DNA of 64,000 nt from IMG/VR virus record IMGVR_UViG_3300032313_000500, positions 54,471-118,470 of that record. One strand, written 5' to 3'. Origin of the DNA: a virus. Position numbers and translations under genes: made by a program. Below the pieces are notes generated by a model. It ran no database searches, had not been told where the DNA came from, and saw only the letters and a program-made list of their open reading frames with translations. Shown here in pieces: positions 37,783-46,244 of the stretch; position 1 is the first letter of the stretch; every line of letters starts with the position of its first letter.

Positions 37783-37906
37783 AATTCCAGTCTATCGGTA
37801 GTAAGGGGTAAAAACAACATCGGATTATTCCGATGGTTTCATTGTTCTCTCTGCTTGCAACGCAACCAATAGTGTTACCTAATCTAGTTACGGTGGCGGA
37901 AAGGAT

Positions 37907-38218
37907 TTATTCGGCGATTGCCCAGACTCGTGAAGGACGCCCCGGCTTACCGAGTGTGTGGCAGTCGTCAATAACTTCCACTCTGCCTTCTTCTTCCAAG
38001 AACAGCAAACGCTTGGTTGCGTTAGCCTTATCCATGTCAAGCAGTTCGGCTACGGCAACTGTGCGAGCCTCACCCATTAGGGCAACGGCGAGATACACGG
38101 CTTCGGTTCGGGTTAGTTTGTCAAACAAAGCGTCACGGAGAGATGAGAAGTCGCTGATAGAAGCAACGACCTTTCCATCTACCATGAGGTTTGTTCCAGT
38201 CATAGTAATGTTGTTCAT
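37907..38218 (-). CDS. Winged-helix (TrmB/MarR-like) DNA-binding protein
   Basis: LTRTEAVYLAVALMGEARTVAVAELLDMDKANATKRLLFLEEEGRVEV..GRP. Confidence 0.75.
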   Translation of the reverse strand: MNNITMTGTNLMVDGKVVASISDFSSLRDALFDKLTRTEAVYLAVALMGEARTVAVAELLDMDKANATKRLLFLEEEGRVEVIDDCHTLGKPGRPSRVWAIAE

Positions 38219-38267
38219 AAGTCCATAATACCGATAAGAAGTCAAAACAACAACCTATCGTTTAGAT

Positions 38268-38462
38268 TTATTGGAACAGGGTTGGTTGGTCGTCGGCGAT
38301 GTTACGGGGCATGCAGACCTCATGTGCGTACGTGTGGTGGTTAGTAGCCACATACTTCACATTCTGTGTTACACCTTTAGCCCAACCTGTAATCAGGTGG
38401 TACACGCCCGATGAGCGTGGGTCTACTTCGTGGTCGCAAAAGTCGCATTTGTACTGAGCCAT
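38268..38462 (-). CDS. Small Zn-finger protein
   Basis: CDFC...HEVC. Confidence 0.6.
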   Translation of the reverse strand: MAQYKCDFCDHEVDPRSSGVYHLITGWAKGVTQNVKYVATNHHTYAHEVCMPRNIADDQPTLFQ

Positions 38463-38569
38463 GTAGTCCCGAGTCTAGAAGTTCTTTATCAGATAAGCAA
38501 CGACAATGAAGCCGATGAATGTCGTTCCGTAGAAAAATAAGTCGCTCATAATCTCTCTTGCCTTCTTTG

Positions 38570-38695
38570 TTAGAAAGGGTCTACCGTTTCTTCGTCTGCG
38601 CACTCATCGCACACATCGCCACACGCTAAACATTCTTCGCATTCTTTGAAGTACTTATCGTACTCTTCTTGGTCTCTAAAAGGTAGTAATCCCAT
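38570..38695 (-). CDS. 41-aa Cys-rich micro-protein
   Basis: ..ECEECLACGDVCDECAD..; ATG at the repeated promoter. Confidence 0.55.
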   Translation of the reverse strand: MGLLPFRDQEEYDKYFKECEECLACGDVCDECADEETVDPF

Positions 38696-38731
38696 ACCTT
38701 CATACTATGGGTAGTAAGAGGTAAAAACAAC

Positions 38732-39151
38732 CTAAGTATGTATTTCTTTTTGAACAGCGTCTGCTTCACACCTGAGACAGTCACGCTTGCGCCATGCGCC
38801 GTTCGGGGCTCCGAAGTACGTGTCTGAGTTGCCACAGTAGTTTTCACACTTGTCGCCCCAAGTCCATGCGTACTCACAGCATGAAGGAACTTCTATGCCA
38901 CTGCCGTTCATGTTCGGGTGTCCACCACCGTTGGGAAACAGGTATTTAGCCAGCCCCGGAAGTGCTTCCAGCATCTTCAGACAGCAGTCGTGACATAAGT
39001 GTGCTTCTTCTTCGTCACAAGGGAAGTTGTCAGAAAAGCCACCGTAGTGACCTAAAGAGCAATTACCTAGCGACCAGCCGTAATCAATGAAGTTGCCTTG
39101 TTGCTGAGAAGTCGGGGCCGCCACGCCACAGTTGGTGCAGGCTAGCGTCAT
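38732..39151 (-). CDS. Cys-rich hypothetical protein
   Basis: CTNC, CHDCC, CLRC; coupled to the upstream gene. Confidence 0.65.
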   Translation of the reverse strand: MTLACTNCGVAAPTSQQQGNFIDYGWSLGNCSLGHYGGFSDNFPCDEEEAHLCHDCCLKMLEALPGLAKYLFPNGGGHPNMNGSGIEVPSCCEYAWTWGDKCENYCGNSDTYFGAPNGAWRKRDCLRCEADAVQKEIHT

Positions 39152-39384
39152 CTTCCCCCCACCATTACGTTGAGTACGTTTTCGCTCGCCCATTTCACGG
39201 CGAGACGGTTCACGGTCATCAAGAACTCGGTTTCGGTTACGCCCTGCTCGGTAAGGAACTCCGTGAGGCGACCCTCGTTGAAGTCGTCAAGCATGTTCGC
39301 TAACGCCTGCGCGCCAGTTGCGCCGATTGAGTAGTACTCGCAGTCAAGTACGCCCTGAAAAGTGTCTGTGTATTTTTCTTTCAT
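39148..39384 (-). CDS. Hypothetical protein
   Basis: ATG 39384 at the repeated promoter. Confidence 0.65.
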   Translation of the reverse strand: MKEKYTDTFQGVLDCEYYSIGATGAQALANMLDDFNEGRLTEFLTEQGVTETEFLMTVNRLAVKWASENVLNVMVGGR

Positions 39385-39658
39385 AATTCCATGATAGGGG
39401 TAGTAAGAGGTAATCACAACTTTTATTGGGGATTATTTCAGAAGTTCTCGGATTAGGGACATCGCATCTGGGTGCCCCGGGTTCATTGCTCGTAATCACA
39501 TTCCATGTTGTCGCAACTTCCGTAGTTCTTGCAGAACGACTCGTAGTTCAGGCACTCTGGGTCGCCCTGAACGGCGTCATGCTGGGCTCTCGGAGGGCAT
39601 CTGCGTGTCACGACTCGCTTGCCAATCCTGTAAGCAATGTAGTTCGTAATCAGTCCCA

Positions 39659-39889
39659 TTAGTTCACCTTGTTGTGTTTTACAACTGCCTTCTCAATGTC
39701 GGCGAGTGCTTTCTCCGTGACTTTGAGCCCCGAGTTCACGAGTCCCATGAAGCCAAGTGGCGTCTGTTCGGCAAGGTCGTAGAACGCATCTACCGACTCG
39801 GCAAGTGCGCTCCAAGCGTTGAGGAACTTCTCCACCCATTCGGGGTCTCCGTTCGGAAGCACCACCGAGATTTCAGTTGCCGTAATCAT
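39659..39889 (-). CDS. Hypothetical protein
   Basis: Coupled to the KTSC gene. Confidence 0.65.
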   Translation of the reverse strand: MITATEISVVLPNGDPEWVEKFLNAWSALAESVDAFYDLAEQTPLGFMGLVNSGLKVTEKALADIEKAVVKHNKVN

Positions 39890-40185
39890 GAGGCTACCGA
39901 GAAGTTAGGCTTGATTTCACGAGCGATAAACGCACCGAGGCTATCTGCCGACATTAGTGCGAACATGGTAGGGAACGGAACGCCCTCGTAGGTGTAGAAG
40001 GTCTCAGCGTTCTTGTACCTGACAACCAGCGACTTCGTACCGACCTCATACTTCCAAAACCCAATGGCACTGCTGTTCTTGGGGCTTGACGCTATGTAGT
40101 TCTCACTAACCCATGCCCACTCGTTGTTGGCGTAGGTGAGGCAATCTCCGATAGTTGAGTTTTCGTAAATAAGTGTTTGTTTCAT
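39886..40185 (-). CDS. KTSC-domain protein
   Basis: SSAIGFWKY...SLVVRYK...YTYEGVP...ALMSADSLGAFI..EIK. Confidence 0.85.
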   Translation of the reverse strand: MKQTLIYENSTIGDCLTYANNEWAWVSENYIASSPKNSSAIGFWKYEVGTKSLVVRYKNAETFYTYEGVPFPTMFALMSADSLGAFIAREIKPNFSVAS

Positions 40186-40224
40186 AAGTTCACTTTATGG
40201 GTAGTAGGGGGTAAACACAACCTC

Positions 40225-40398
40225 TTACGAGGGAATGTTTGCCATTTCGTTCTGAACCAAGTTCAAGCCTTCCACAAGGGCTTTCCAGATGTCCTTCTTC
40301 ACTTGCGTGGGGACTGTGTCTGGCAACTTGTCATAGGCACGGATAGCCGTGCGAATGTCTTGGTGGGTCTGCATTATGTATGTTTCGTAATCACTCAT
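40225..40398 (-). CDS. 57-aa hypothetical protein
   Basis: ATG at the repeated promoter. Confidence 0.55.
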   Translation of the reverse strand: MSDYETYIMQTHQDIRTAIRAYDKLPDTVPTQVKKDIWKALVEGLNLVQNEMANIPS

Positions 40399-40596
40399 AC
40401 CCACACTCTATGGGTAATAAGGGGTAGAAACAACCTCACGCACAAATAAACTTATCCACAACCCTGTGGATAAAGTGCGACAGTTTCGTCGTGGGCGCAG
40501 CCCCGACCTGAGGGGGGCGACTTGCTAGGCGATGCCGACTACGACATTCTTACTCGGGTATCATTGCGAGCCTAGTTACGAGGGTTTTATGTGTTT

Positions 40597-40845
40597 CTAA
40601 TCGTTAGACGGTGGCGGAAGAGTCTCAACTAATGCGAAGTCATCTTCTCTGTACACAAGTCCAAGCCGGGACCCGTTGTCCCAATCAACGTGAACAGTTC
40701 CAAACGAATCTACGGAAGTGACAACTCCTTCATCACCACGAACAAGTTTCGTGTATGGGTCAGTGCAGTTGATTAGCCGTACTCGCTTGCCAACGTATGT
40801 TTTGTAATACGCCAACAGTTCGGGTCTTATTTCTTTTATGTCCAT
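40597..40845 (-). CDS. DUF4314-like SH3-fold protein
   Basis: GKRVRLINCTDPYTKL..GDEGVV..VDSFGTVHVDWDNGSRLGL. Confidence 0.85.
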   Translation of the reverse strand: MDIKEIRPELLAYYKTYVGKRVRLINCTDPYTKLVRGDEGVVTSVDSFGTVHVDWDNGSRLGLVYREDDFALVETLPPPSND

Positions 40846-40896
40846 AACTTCACTTTACGGATAGTAAGGCACAACAACAACCTACGGTCAAGACTT

Positions 40897-41481
40897 TTAC
40901 TGGTAGATGAAGTCCACTGTTTCTCTCAGCAGTCTCACCCCAGCGTGCCAGTCCGGGGCTGTGTTGATGTCTCGCTTCACCACAGCGTCTCTAAACAGGT
41001 AGTGACCCTGAGCAACAGGAACCTCAAACCAGTCTCCCTGCCAAATACCAACATGGTGAATGAGTTCTCCCACGGGTACGCACAGCCCGTGTCCAAAGAC
41101 AATGCCCTTGTCAGGTCTGTCAAACTGTCCTGCCGTGAGGTCTATGAACCATTCGTTCGTTTCCACGACAACGTGACCGTTCCATTTGTTCGGAACTTCC
41201 GTCACCGAGAGAGCCCCGACTGACCAACCAGTTGGTCCTTCGCCGTTCAGCATCTCCTTGTACGACTGTTCGTCCAGTCCAATGGCGTCCACCTGCGTCA
41301 CCCACGACTCAATGCCGACTTGTTTGAGATATTCCCAACCAAACCGTGAGCCAGCGACACAAGCCCCAGCGTTAGTAAGCCTCGGGGCTGCGCCCCTGAG
41401 CCACACGGAACTGAGTGTTTCCACCATTAGGCGTTCCTCAACCCGAGTTCGGGTCTGTGGTTTGCGCTTACGCTTCGTCAT
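40897..41481 (-). CDS. Hypothetical protein (possible transglutaminase-like fold)
   Basis: GACV...; GHVVV...WFIDLTAGQF. Confidence 0.6.
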   Translation of the reverse strand: MTKRKRKPQTRTRVEERLMVETLSSVWLRGAAPRLTNAGACVAGSRFGWEYLKQVGIESWVTQVDAIGLDEQSYKEMLNGEGPTGWSVGALSVTEVPNKWNGHVVVETNEWFIDLTAGQFDRPDKGIVFGHGLCVPVGELIHHVGIWQGDWFEVPVAQGHYLFRDAVVKRDINTAPDWHAGVRLLRETVDFIYQ

Positions 41482-41656
41482 CTGCCGTCTCTACTTCCTG
41501 CCTGTCCTCTCGCAGTATGTATCCAGCGAGAATTGCCACCACAATGCCTATGGGGTTCTCGTCTATGATTTTTTGTGCTTCGGCGTATGCCTCTGTTGAT
41601 GTCATGTAGTTACTCATACATTCATCTTATGGGTAGTAAAGGGTAATCACAACCCG

Positions 41657-41905
41657 TAACAAAAAAATGGGGTCGGACGGGAATGAATGAGGGGAAGAGG
41701 TCCCGCCCGACGCTCCCGTGAGAGTTCACGGCACTCTGAGTCCAAACGCAAGGCAGGCTGGTTGCGGGGCCCCCGTGTGGGGTACACCAACCCTGCGCCT
41801 CAGAGCCATGCTCCGTGAACGCCCACGGCAACGCCGTGAGGCTTGGGGGTTTTCTGTTGCCACGCTCCCCCTGAGCGCCGAGTCCGACTCGGTTGTGCTG
41901 TTGCG
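41657..41905 (-). ncRNA. Candidate ~250-nt highly structured RNA
   Basis: Nested stems GTTCACGG/CCGTGAAC, CTCTGAG/CTCAGAG, GCAGG/CCTGC, GGTTG/CAACC, flanking hairpins and a terminal stem with T7 tract. Confidence 0.5.
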
Positions 41906-41908
41906 CTA

Positions 41909-42073
41909 CTAGGCGAGCAACTCGGCGACCATGCCTCGCACCATACGGTGGAGACGCTTTACGCCTTTGTTGCCAGCACCGTAACGGGCAGTAGCCTCAG
42001 ACAACTCTGCCAAAAGAGCCTGCGCCATTGCCACACGATGTGACTTGTTCATTTTCACCTCCTCCCCACTCAT
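41909..42073 (-). CDS. Small hypothetical protein
   Basis: ATG 42073 at the repeated promoter; the longer ORF call to 42292 runs through noncoding motifs. Confidence 0.6.
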   Translation of the reverse strand: MSGEEVKMNKSHRVAMAQALLAELSEATARYGAGNKGVKRLHRMVRGMVAELLA

Positions 42074-42428
42074 GTCTCCATTATGGGGGTAGTAGGGGGT
42101 AATAACAACCTTTTCGGCAAATAACTTATCCACAGACTTATCCACAAACATTCCTGCCTGCGATGTGCCTGCGCTCGCGCGCACAGCCCCGAGACCCGTG
42201 CCTGAGTAAATGCCCTTGTTCGTGAACGATGTAGTGCCGTTCGGGGGGATTATTGTGTTTCTAATCGTCTTACGGTGGCGGAAAGGCTTCATCGGTCATC
42301 TCCACAGACATAGCAATGGTTGTTCTCCCATGCGTGAGTGCAATCCATCGGGGCGTCTGAGAACATTCCCGACCAGTCCGACTTGGCGATAAGCCAACCC
42401 AAAGCGAAACAGTAAATGTACCAACCCA

Positions 42429-42797
42429 TTAGATACTCGCTCTCATCTCTCGTTCGTCTGCGTTGTGCTTCCACAAGAACCACTGACGCTTCACGCCCTC
42501 AATGATGTTTTCTTCAATGTGGTGTTCGTGACCGTCATACTCGTTCTCTGTGCTGAATGAGCCAAAGAGAATGGCGTTGCCACAAATAACACGACCAAAG
42601 ATAATGCTCGCAATCGGGTTGAACGGAAGTCCGTCAATCAGACCCGTGTCGTTCACGTAGCCATGAAAGCGTTCACCACGAACGCAGTCAAACCAACCAC
42701 CAACAGTGGCGTTGATGAAGTCACCTTCGGGTGATGCGACCAATGTTGTTGTCGGCATACCCTCGGTAGGGATAATGAGTGCTCTAGTAAGTTTCAT
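42429..42797 (-). CDS. DUF3846-like protein
   Basis: INATVGGWFDCV...GYVNDTGLIDGLPFNPIAS....ICGNAIL. Confidence 0.75.
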   Translation of the reverse strand: MKLTRALIIPTEGMPTTTLVASPEGDFINATVGGWFDCVRGERFHGYVNDTGLIDGLPFNPIASIIFGRVICGNAILFGSFSTENEYDGHEHHIEENIIEGVKRQWFLWKHNADEREMRASI

Positions 42798-42839
42798 AAG
42801 TTCATTCTATGGGTAGTAAGAGACAGAGACAACCTGTCG

Positions 42840-43073
42840 TCAAGATTTCAGTTCCACTTTTTCTATGACTGCATCTGCAATCCACTCGGAGACGTCGTGC
42901 CCCGCGTCTTCCCATTCGTCAAACTCCTTACAGATTTCTGCCCACTTTTCTGTGGTGAGAACTTCATGTTCATCGTCACGGTAGTCAAACTGCTCTTTAT
43001 CCCAATACAGAACACAGAGTTCTTCTTCGGGGCTGTGGCGACTGAGCATCTCTAAGAGTGTCTTGACTTTCAT
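42840..43073 (-). CDS. Acidic hypothetical protein
   Basis: Coupled to the upstream gene. Confidence 0.7.
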   Translation of the reverse strand: MKVKTLLEMLSRHSPEEELCVLYWDKEQFDYRDDEHEVLTTEKWAEICKEFDEWEDAGHDVSEWIADAVIEKVELKS

Positions 43074-43498
43074 CAGTACAAGCCCATCTCTTCACGCTCT
43101 TCGTCTGACACGGCTGTCAAGGTGCTTGCGCTACCCATCGGCGAGTCGTGGTGACTGAGGTTGTACTCAATACGGTCTGCAAAGACTTCGTAGGTCATGT
43201 TCCAGTCGCTACGGACTGTCATGCCTGCAATGAGGTCTGCAACCGTCTTGGCGTAAATGTAGCCTGAGACTTCGCCGTTCCATAGGCGCAAGTTCTTGAC
43301 TTTCCACCAGTTTGTTTCGTTGGAGTCACGAAGTTCTTCCGTGACCATTGCAAAGTCCTCAACGGCGTATTCCCAACAGTCGCCGTAGCAAGTTGAGCCG
43401 TATTCCGTATCTACTGACTTTGTTTCTCCATCTTCCTCATAGGTGAGGCAGGTGCAGTTGTTTGTGATTTCGCCTTTTGCGATAACTGTGTTACTCAT
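43073..43498 (-). CDS. Hypothetical protein
   Basis: ATG at the repeated promoter; CTC..CYGDCW; SHHDSPMG. Confidence 0.7.
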   Translation of the reverse strand: MSNTVIAKGEITNNCTCLTYEEDGETKSVDTEYGSTCYGDCWEYAVEDFAMVTEELRDSNETNWWKVKNLRLWNGEVSGYIYAKTVADLIAGMTVRSDWNMTYEVFADRIEYNLSHHDSPMGSASTLTAVSDEEREEMGLY

Positions 43499-43534
43499 GA
43501 CTTCATCTTATGGATAGTAAGGGGCAACAACAAC

Positions 43535-43852
43535 CTAAATGTTTATGATACTTACAACTTCTTCTAGTTGTATCTGTATCGGCAGAGTGAGAGACGGGGT
43601 TGCGACATGAGCCCCGACTTCTACGGGTATCCATGAAACCATAAGCCACCCATCAGAGTGACCACGATAAAACTCTAAAACCTCATCAGGGTTGGAGTAA
43701 TAAAAGATTTTCTCATCTGAGACTCCGAAACTGTCCGTGCCGGGGCCTTCTAGGTATTCACCGAAAGAGATGTAACGAGGTGTCGTGCCATCGTCGTCTT
43801 TGACGATAGCCCAACCACCTTGCCACTTTGTCACGACAGTCTCAATAGGCAC
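43535..43852 (-). CDS. Hypothetical protein
   Basis: Overlaps the upstream gene end. Confidence 0.6.
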   Translation of the reverse strand: MPIETVVTKWQGGWAIVKDDDGTTPRYISFGEYLEGPGTDSFGVSDEKIFYYSNPDEVLEFYRGHSDGWLMVSWIPVEVGAHVATPSLTLPIQIQLEEVVSIINI

Positions 43853-44238
43853 TCTTTGAGTGCGTCGGAGAGTTGTCCTGTGCCACTACTGTCCGTAATG
43901 ATTTCATCAGGGTCATCAGCGAACGAAAGGGCAGAACCCATACCTTCGGCTGTCATGACGGTCACAAGCGCAACACGCCTGCGTTCAGGGTGCTTACTTG
44001 GTGCGCCTTCTACTTCTCCGTCGGAGTTGAGTGGCGCAGCCCAGCCAGTCGTGTGTACGGCTATTCCGACAACGCCAGCACTAGGGTATTCCCCGTCAAG
44101 CAAGTCGTACACATCAGGCGCACGACCTAACTCAAAGTTAGACCCATCTTCCGTGACTCCGTACAAGACAGCGTTAGCCATCTCATGACCTGTGTTTTTG
44201 ATAATGTTCTCGGCAACCGAGATTGGTGTTATGTTCAT
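43831..44238 (-). CDS. Hypothetical protein
   Basis: ATG at the repeated promoter; TTGWAAP...PSKHPERRRV. Confidence 0.7.
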   Translation of the reverse strand: MNITPISVAENIIKNTGHEMANAVLYGVTEDGSNFELGRAPDVYDLLDGEYPSAGVVGIAVHTTGWAAPLNSDGEVEGAPSKHPERRRVALVTVMTAEGMGSALSFADDPDEIITDSSGTGQLSDALKECLLRLS

Positions 44239-44275
44239 ACCTTTATCCTATCGGTAGTAAGGGGTAATGCCAACT

Positions 44276-44581
44276 TCACGCAACGGAGAAGTTGGGCTTG
44301 ATTTCTTTTGCGATGAAAGCACCGAGACTGTCGGCGTTCATTAGGGCAAAGACTGTCACGAACGGTACGCCCTCATACCAATAAAAGGTATCTGACGACT
44401 TGTACTGAACGCACAGTTCGTTGGTCTTGACATTGTAGTTCCAATACTCAATGGCTGAACTGTTTTTAGGGAGACTGCTAATACGGTCTTCTCGTACTAC
44501 TGCCGTTTCATCGTTGGCGTAGTCAATGTATGTATCGCCCTTGATGAATGTGGACTGTCTGATAGTTGATGTGTTACTCAT
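44276..44581 (-). CDS. KTSC-domain protein (paralog of 39886..40185)
   Basis: NSSAIEYWNY...ELCVQYK...YWYEGVP...ALMNADSLGAFIAKEIKPNFSVA. Confidence 0.85.
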   Translation of the reverse strand: MSNTSTIRQSTFIKGDTYIDYANDETAVVREDRISSLPKNSSAIEYWNYNVKTNELCVQYKSSDTFYWYEGVPFVTVFALMNADSLGAFIAKEIKPNFSVA

Positions 44582-44631
44582 ACCTTCACTCTATGGATAG
44601 TAAGGGGTAAAGACAACCCCATTGGAAAGAT

Positions 44632-44880
44632 TTATTTAGAAACTTGCGACTCTGCTAGCAGTTCTTCCACGGCGCAGAAGTAGTCCCGGGTTTCTTCCCA
44701 CGTTGCTTCCGACCAGTCAAGGTCACCCCACTCTGCGTCAATGAGTTTCTTTGCTCGGTCAATGTCGCACTCCATAACAACCACTACGGATAGCAGTTGG
44801 GAAGGCGAGTAACCCGAATGTCGGGGCGTCGTCGCCAGTAGTTCGTTGAATTTGGCTCGGCAAGTCTCGTCGTAGTTCAT
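44632..44880 (-). CDS. Hypothetical protein
   Basis: Probable start MNYDET (44880), overlapping the upstream stop. Confidence 0.6.
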   Translation of the reverse strand: MNYDETCRAKFNELLATTPRHSGYSPSQLLSVVVVMECDIDRAKKLIDAEWGDLDWSEATWEETRDYFCAVEELLAESQVSK

Positions 44881-45179
44881 AATGCTCTCTGTTCGTATCT
44901 GTGTTCTGCGTTGGCGAGCGTCTTGTAGTAGTCGCCTTGGTCGTATGACCAACCTTCGGGTCGGGCAATGAGGTTCCAAACCACATAAGGGTCAAACTCC
45001 TCAGGGCCCCGTTCTGCTAGAACGACCCAAGTCGCATAAGTGTCGCCTTTGATGCGCTCTCGCATTTTCTTGAAACGCACAATGGTCGCTCCGTTGATGA
45101 CCAAACCCTCAGTCGGGATACGGTACTCAGGCTCTGTCGCCTCGTTGCTTGCGATTACTGCTTCTAGTTGTGTTGTCAT
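44877..45179 (-). CDS. Hypothetical protein
   Basis: ATG at the repeated promoter. Confidence 0.7.
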   Translation of the reverse strand: MTTQLEAVIASNEATEPEYRIPTEGLVINGATIVRFKKMRERIKGDTYATWVVLAERGPEEFDPYVVWNLIARPEGWSYDQGDYYKTLANAEHRYEQRAL

Positions 45180-45219
45180 AACTTCACCTTATCGGTAGTA
45201 GGGGGTAAAGACAACCCAT

Positions 45220-45450
45220 TGCGAAACACATAACTGAGGTTGCGAACCTCGCCACTCCTATCCCGTCGGCAGGCTTGCTTACTCAGGGAAGAGGACGGAC
45301 TATCGGAGCGAGGACGGATACACCAGAGGGAGTAGGGAGTCTAGAACAAACGACTATCGTGGGTAGAGCCTTATCAGCGACAGAGCCTTATCTGTCAAAG
45401 TAAGCGCACCGAAGTGGGTGCTATGTATTTCGCAAGAGGTTGTCTCTCAC
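45220..45450 (-). ncRNA. Candidate ~230-nt sRNA with C/U-rich repeats
   Basis: Dedicated promoter copy (45448-45488); I found no minus-strand ORF longer than ~15 codons; hairpins and internal repeats. Confidence 0.45.
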
Positions 45451-45700
45451 ACCTTCAATCTATGGGTAGTAGGGGATAACAACAACCTGCCCACTACATT
45501 TTTTTACAAAACTTTCCAGTTTTTCCAAACAACTGACAAAGCCCAAATACTCACGCCAGCGCAGATGAGCGCGAGCCCCGGGTGCACGAAAAGCACGGGG
45601 TAAGCGAACACGAGCATGATGAGCAGATGTTTTAGAATTCGGGACTGCGCCATGATTTTCACTTTCTGTGTTTCTAATCGGCTAACGGTGGTGGAAAGCC

Positions 45701-46126
45701 CTAGCCGAACAACTTGCGTAGTTCTTGCTGGATACTTCCACTCTCGGCTTCGCCGTTCTCATCACACATGACTTCATCTGTGTCCAAGAAGCGCATGAGT
45801 GAAGTTTGTAGTCCCTCACAAGTCAAGCCAAAGATGACACGAGCAACATGAGTTTCGTCTGTCTCGGCGTTTATCGCACCACCGTAGGCAACTACGAACA
45901 CATGACCAAAGCCGTTAGCAAAGATAGATACTTCCTGATTACCAAACATTTCTTTTGGTTCATCAAAGGTGCTTACGACCAATGGAGTTCCACTATCGCA
46001 CATGACGACAATGCCAGTAGTCCCAAAATCAACAGGCGTTGAGTAGTCCTCTGGGTTCTCTGGAATAGGCAAAAGAGCGTCTAGTTCTCTAACCATGCTT
46101 ATTAGTTCTATCTGTGAAATGTTCAT
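45701..46126 (-). CDS. Acidic hypothetical protein
   Basis: ATG at the repeated promoter. Confidence 0.7.
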   Translation of the reverse strand: MNISQIELISMVRELDALLPIPENPEDYSTPVDFGTTGIVVMCDSGTPLVVSTFDEPKEMFGNQEVSIFANGFGHVFVVAYGGAINAETDETHVARVIFGLTCEGLQTSLMRFLDTDEVMCDENGEAESGSIQQELRKLFG

Positions 46127-46244
46127 ACCTTTACTCTATGGATAGTAAGCCCTAATACCAACCTCTAAATAAATCTATCTAAGTGTTGGAAGTGTCCCTT
46201 ACTACCCATAGAGTGGAGTCACACCACAACAAAGGAGAAACGAA

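Larger units (their letters stand above)
33380..42146. promoter_or_regulatory. Dispersed DnaA boxes next to the repeated promoters
   Basis: TTATACACA 33380 and 33392; TTATCCACA 35475, 35487, 37576, 40452, 42126, 42138; TGTGGATAA 40465. Confidence 0.75.
30568..46164 (-). promoter_or_regulatory. About 27 copies of a conserved phage promoter, mostly leaderless (left arm)
   Basis: Consensus GGTTGTN-N~9-TTACTAYCSA-TAGAGT-GAAGKT-ATG; + strand starts 30568, 30819, 32961, 33325, 33711, 34303, 35420, 35900, 36150, 36896, 37523, 37780, 38216, 38693, 39382, 40183, 40396, 40843, 41615, 42071, 42795, 43496, 44236, 44579, 45177, 45448, 46124. Confidence 0.88.

Noticed and set aside
41657-41905. SRP RNA, tmRNA, RNase P or a self-cleaving ribozyme
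   Set aside because: I could not find the SRP GGAA/CAGG loop, tmRNA acceptor ends or hammerhead CUGANGA/GAAA cores; kept only as an unclassified ncRNA candidate
42074-42292. N-terminal extension MKPFRHRKTIRNT of the 41909 ORF
   Set aside because: It is the reverse complement of the polar motif and DnaA boxes; the promoter places the start at 42073
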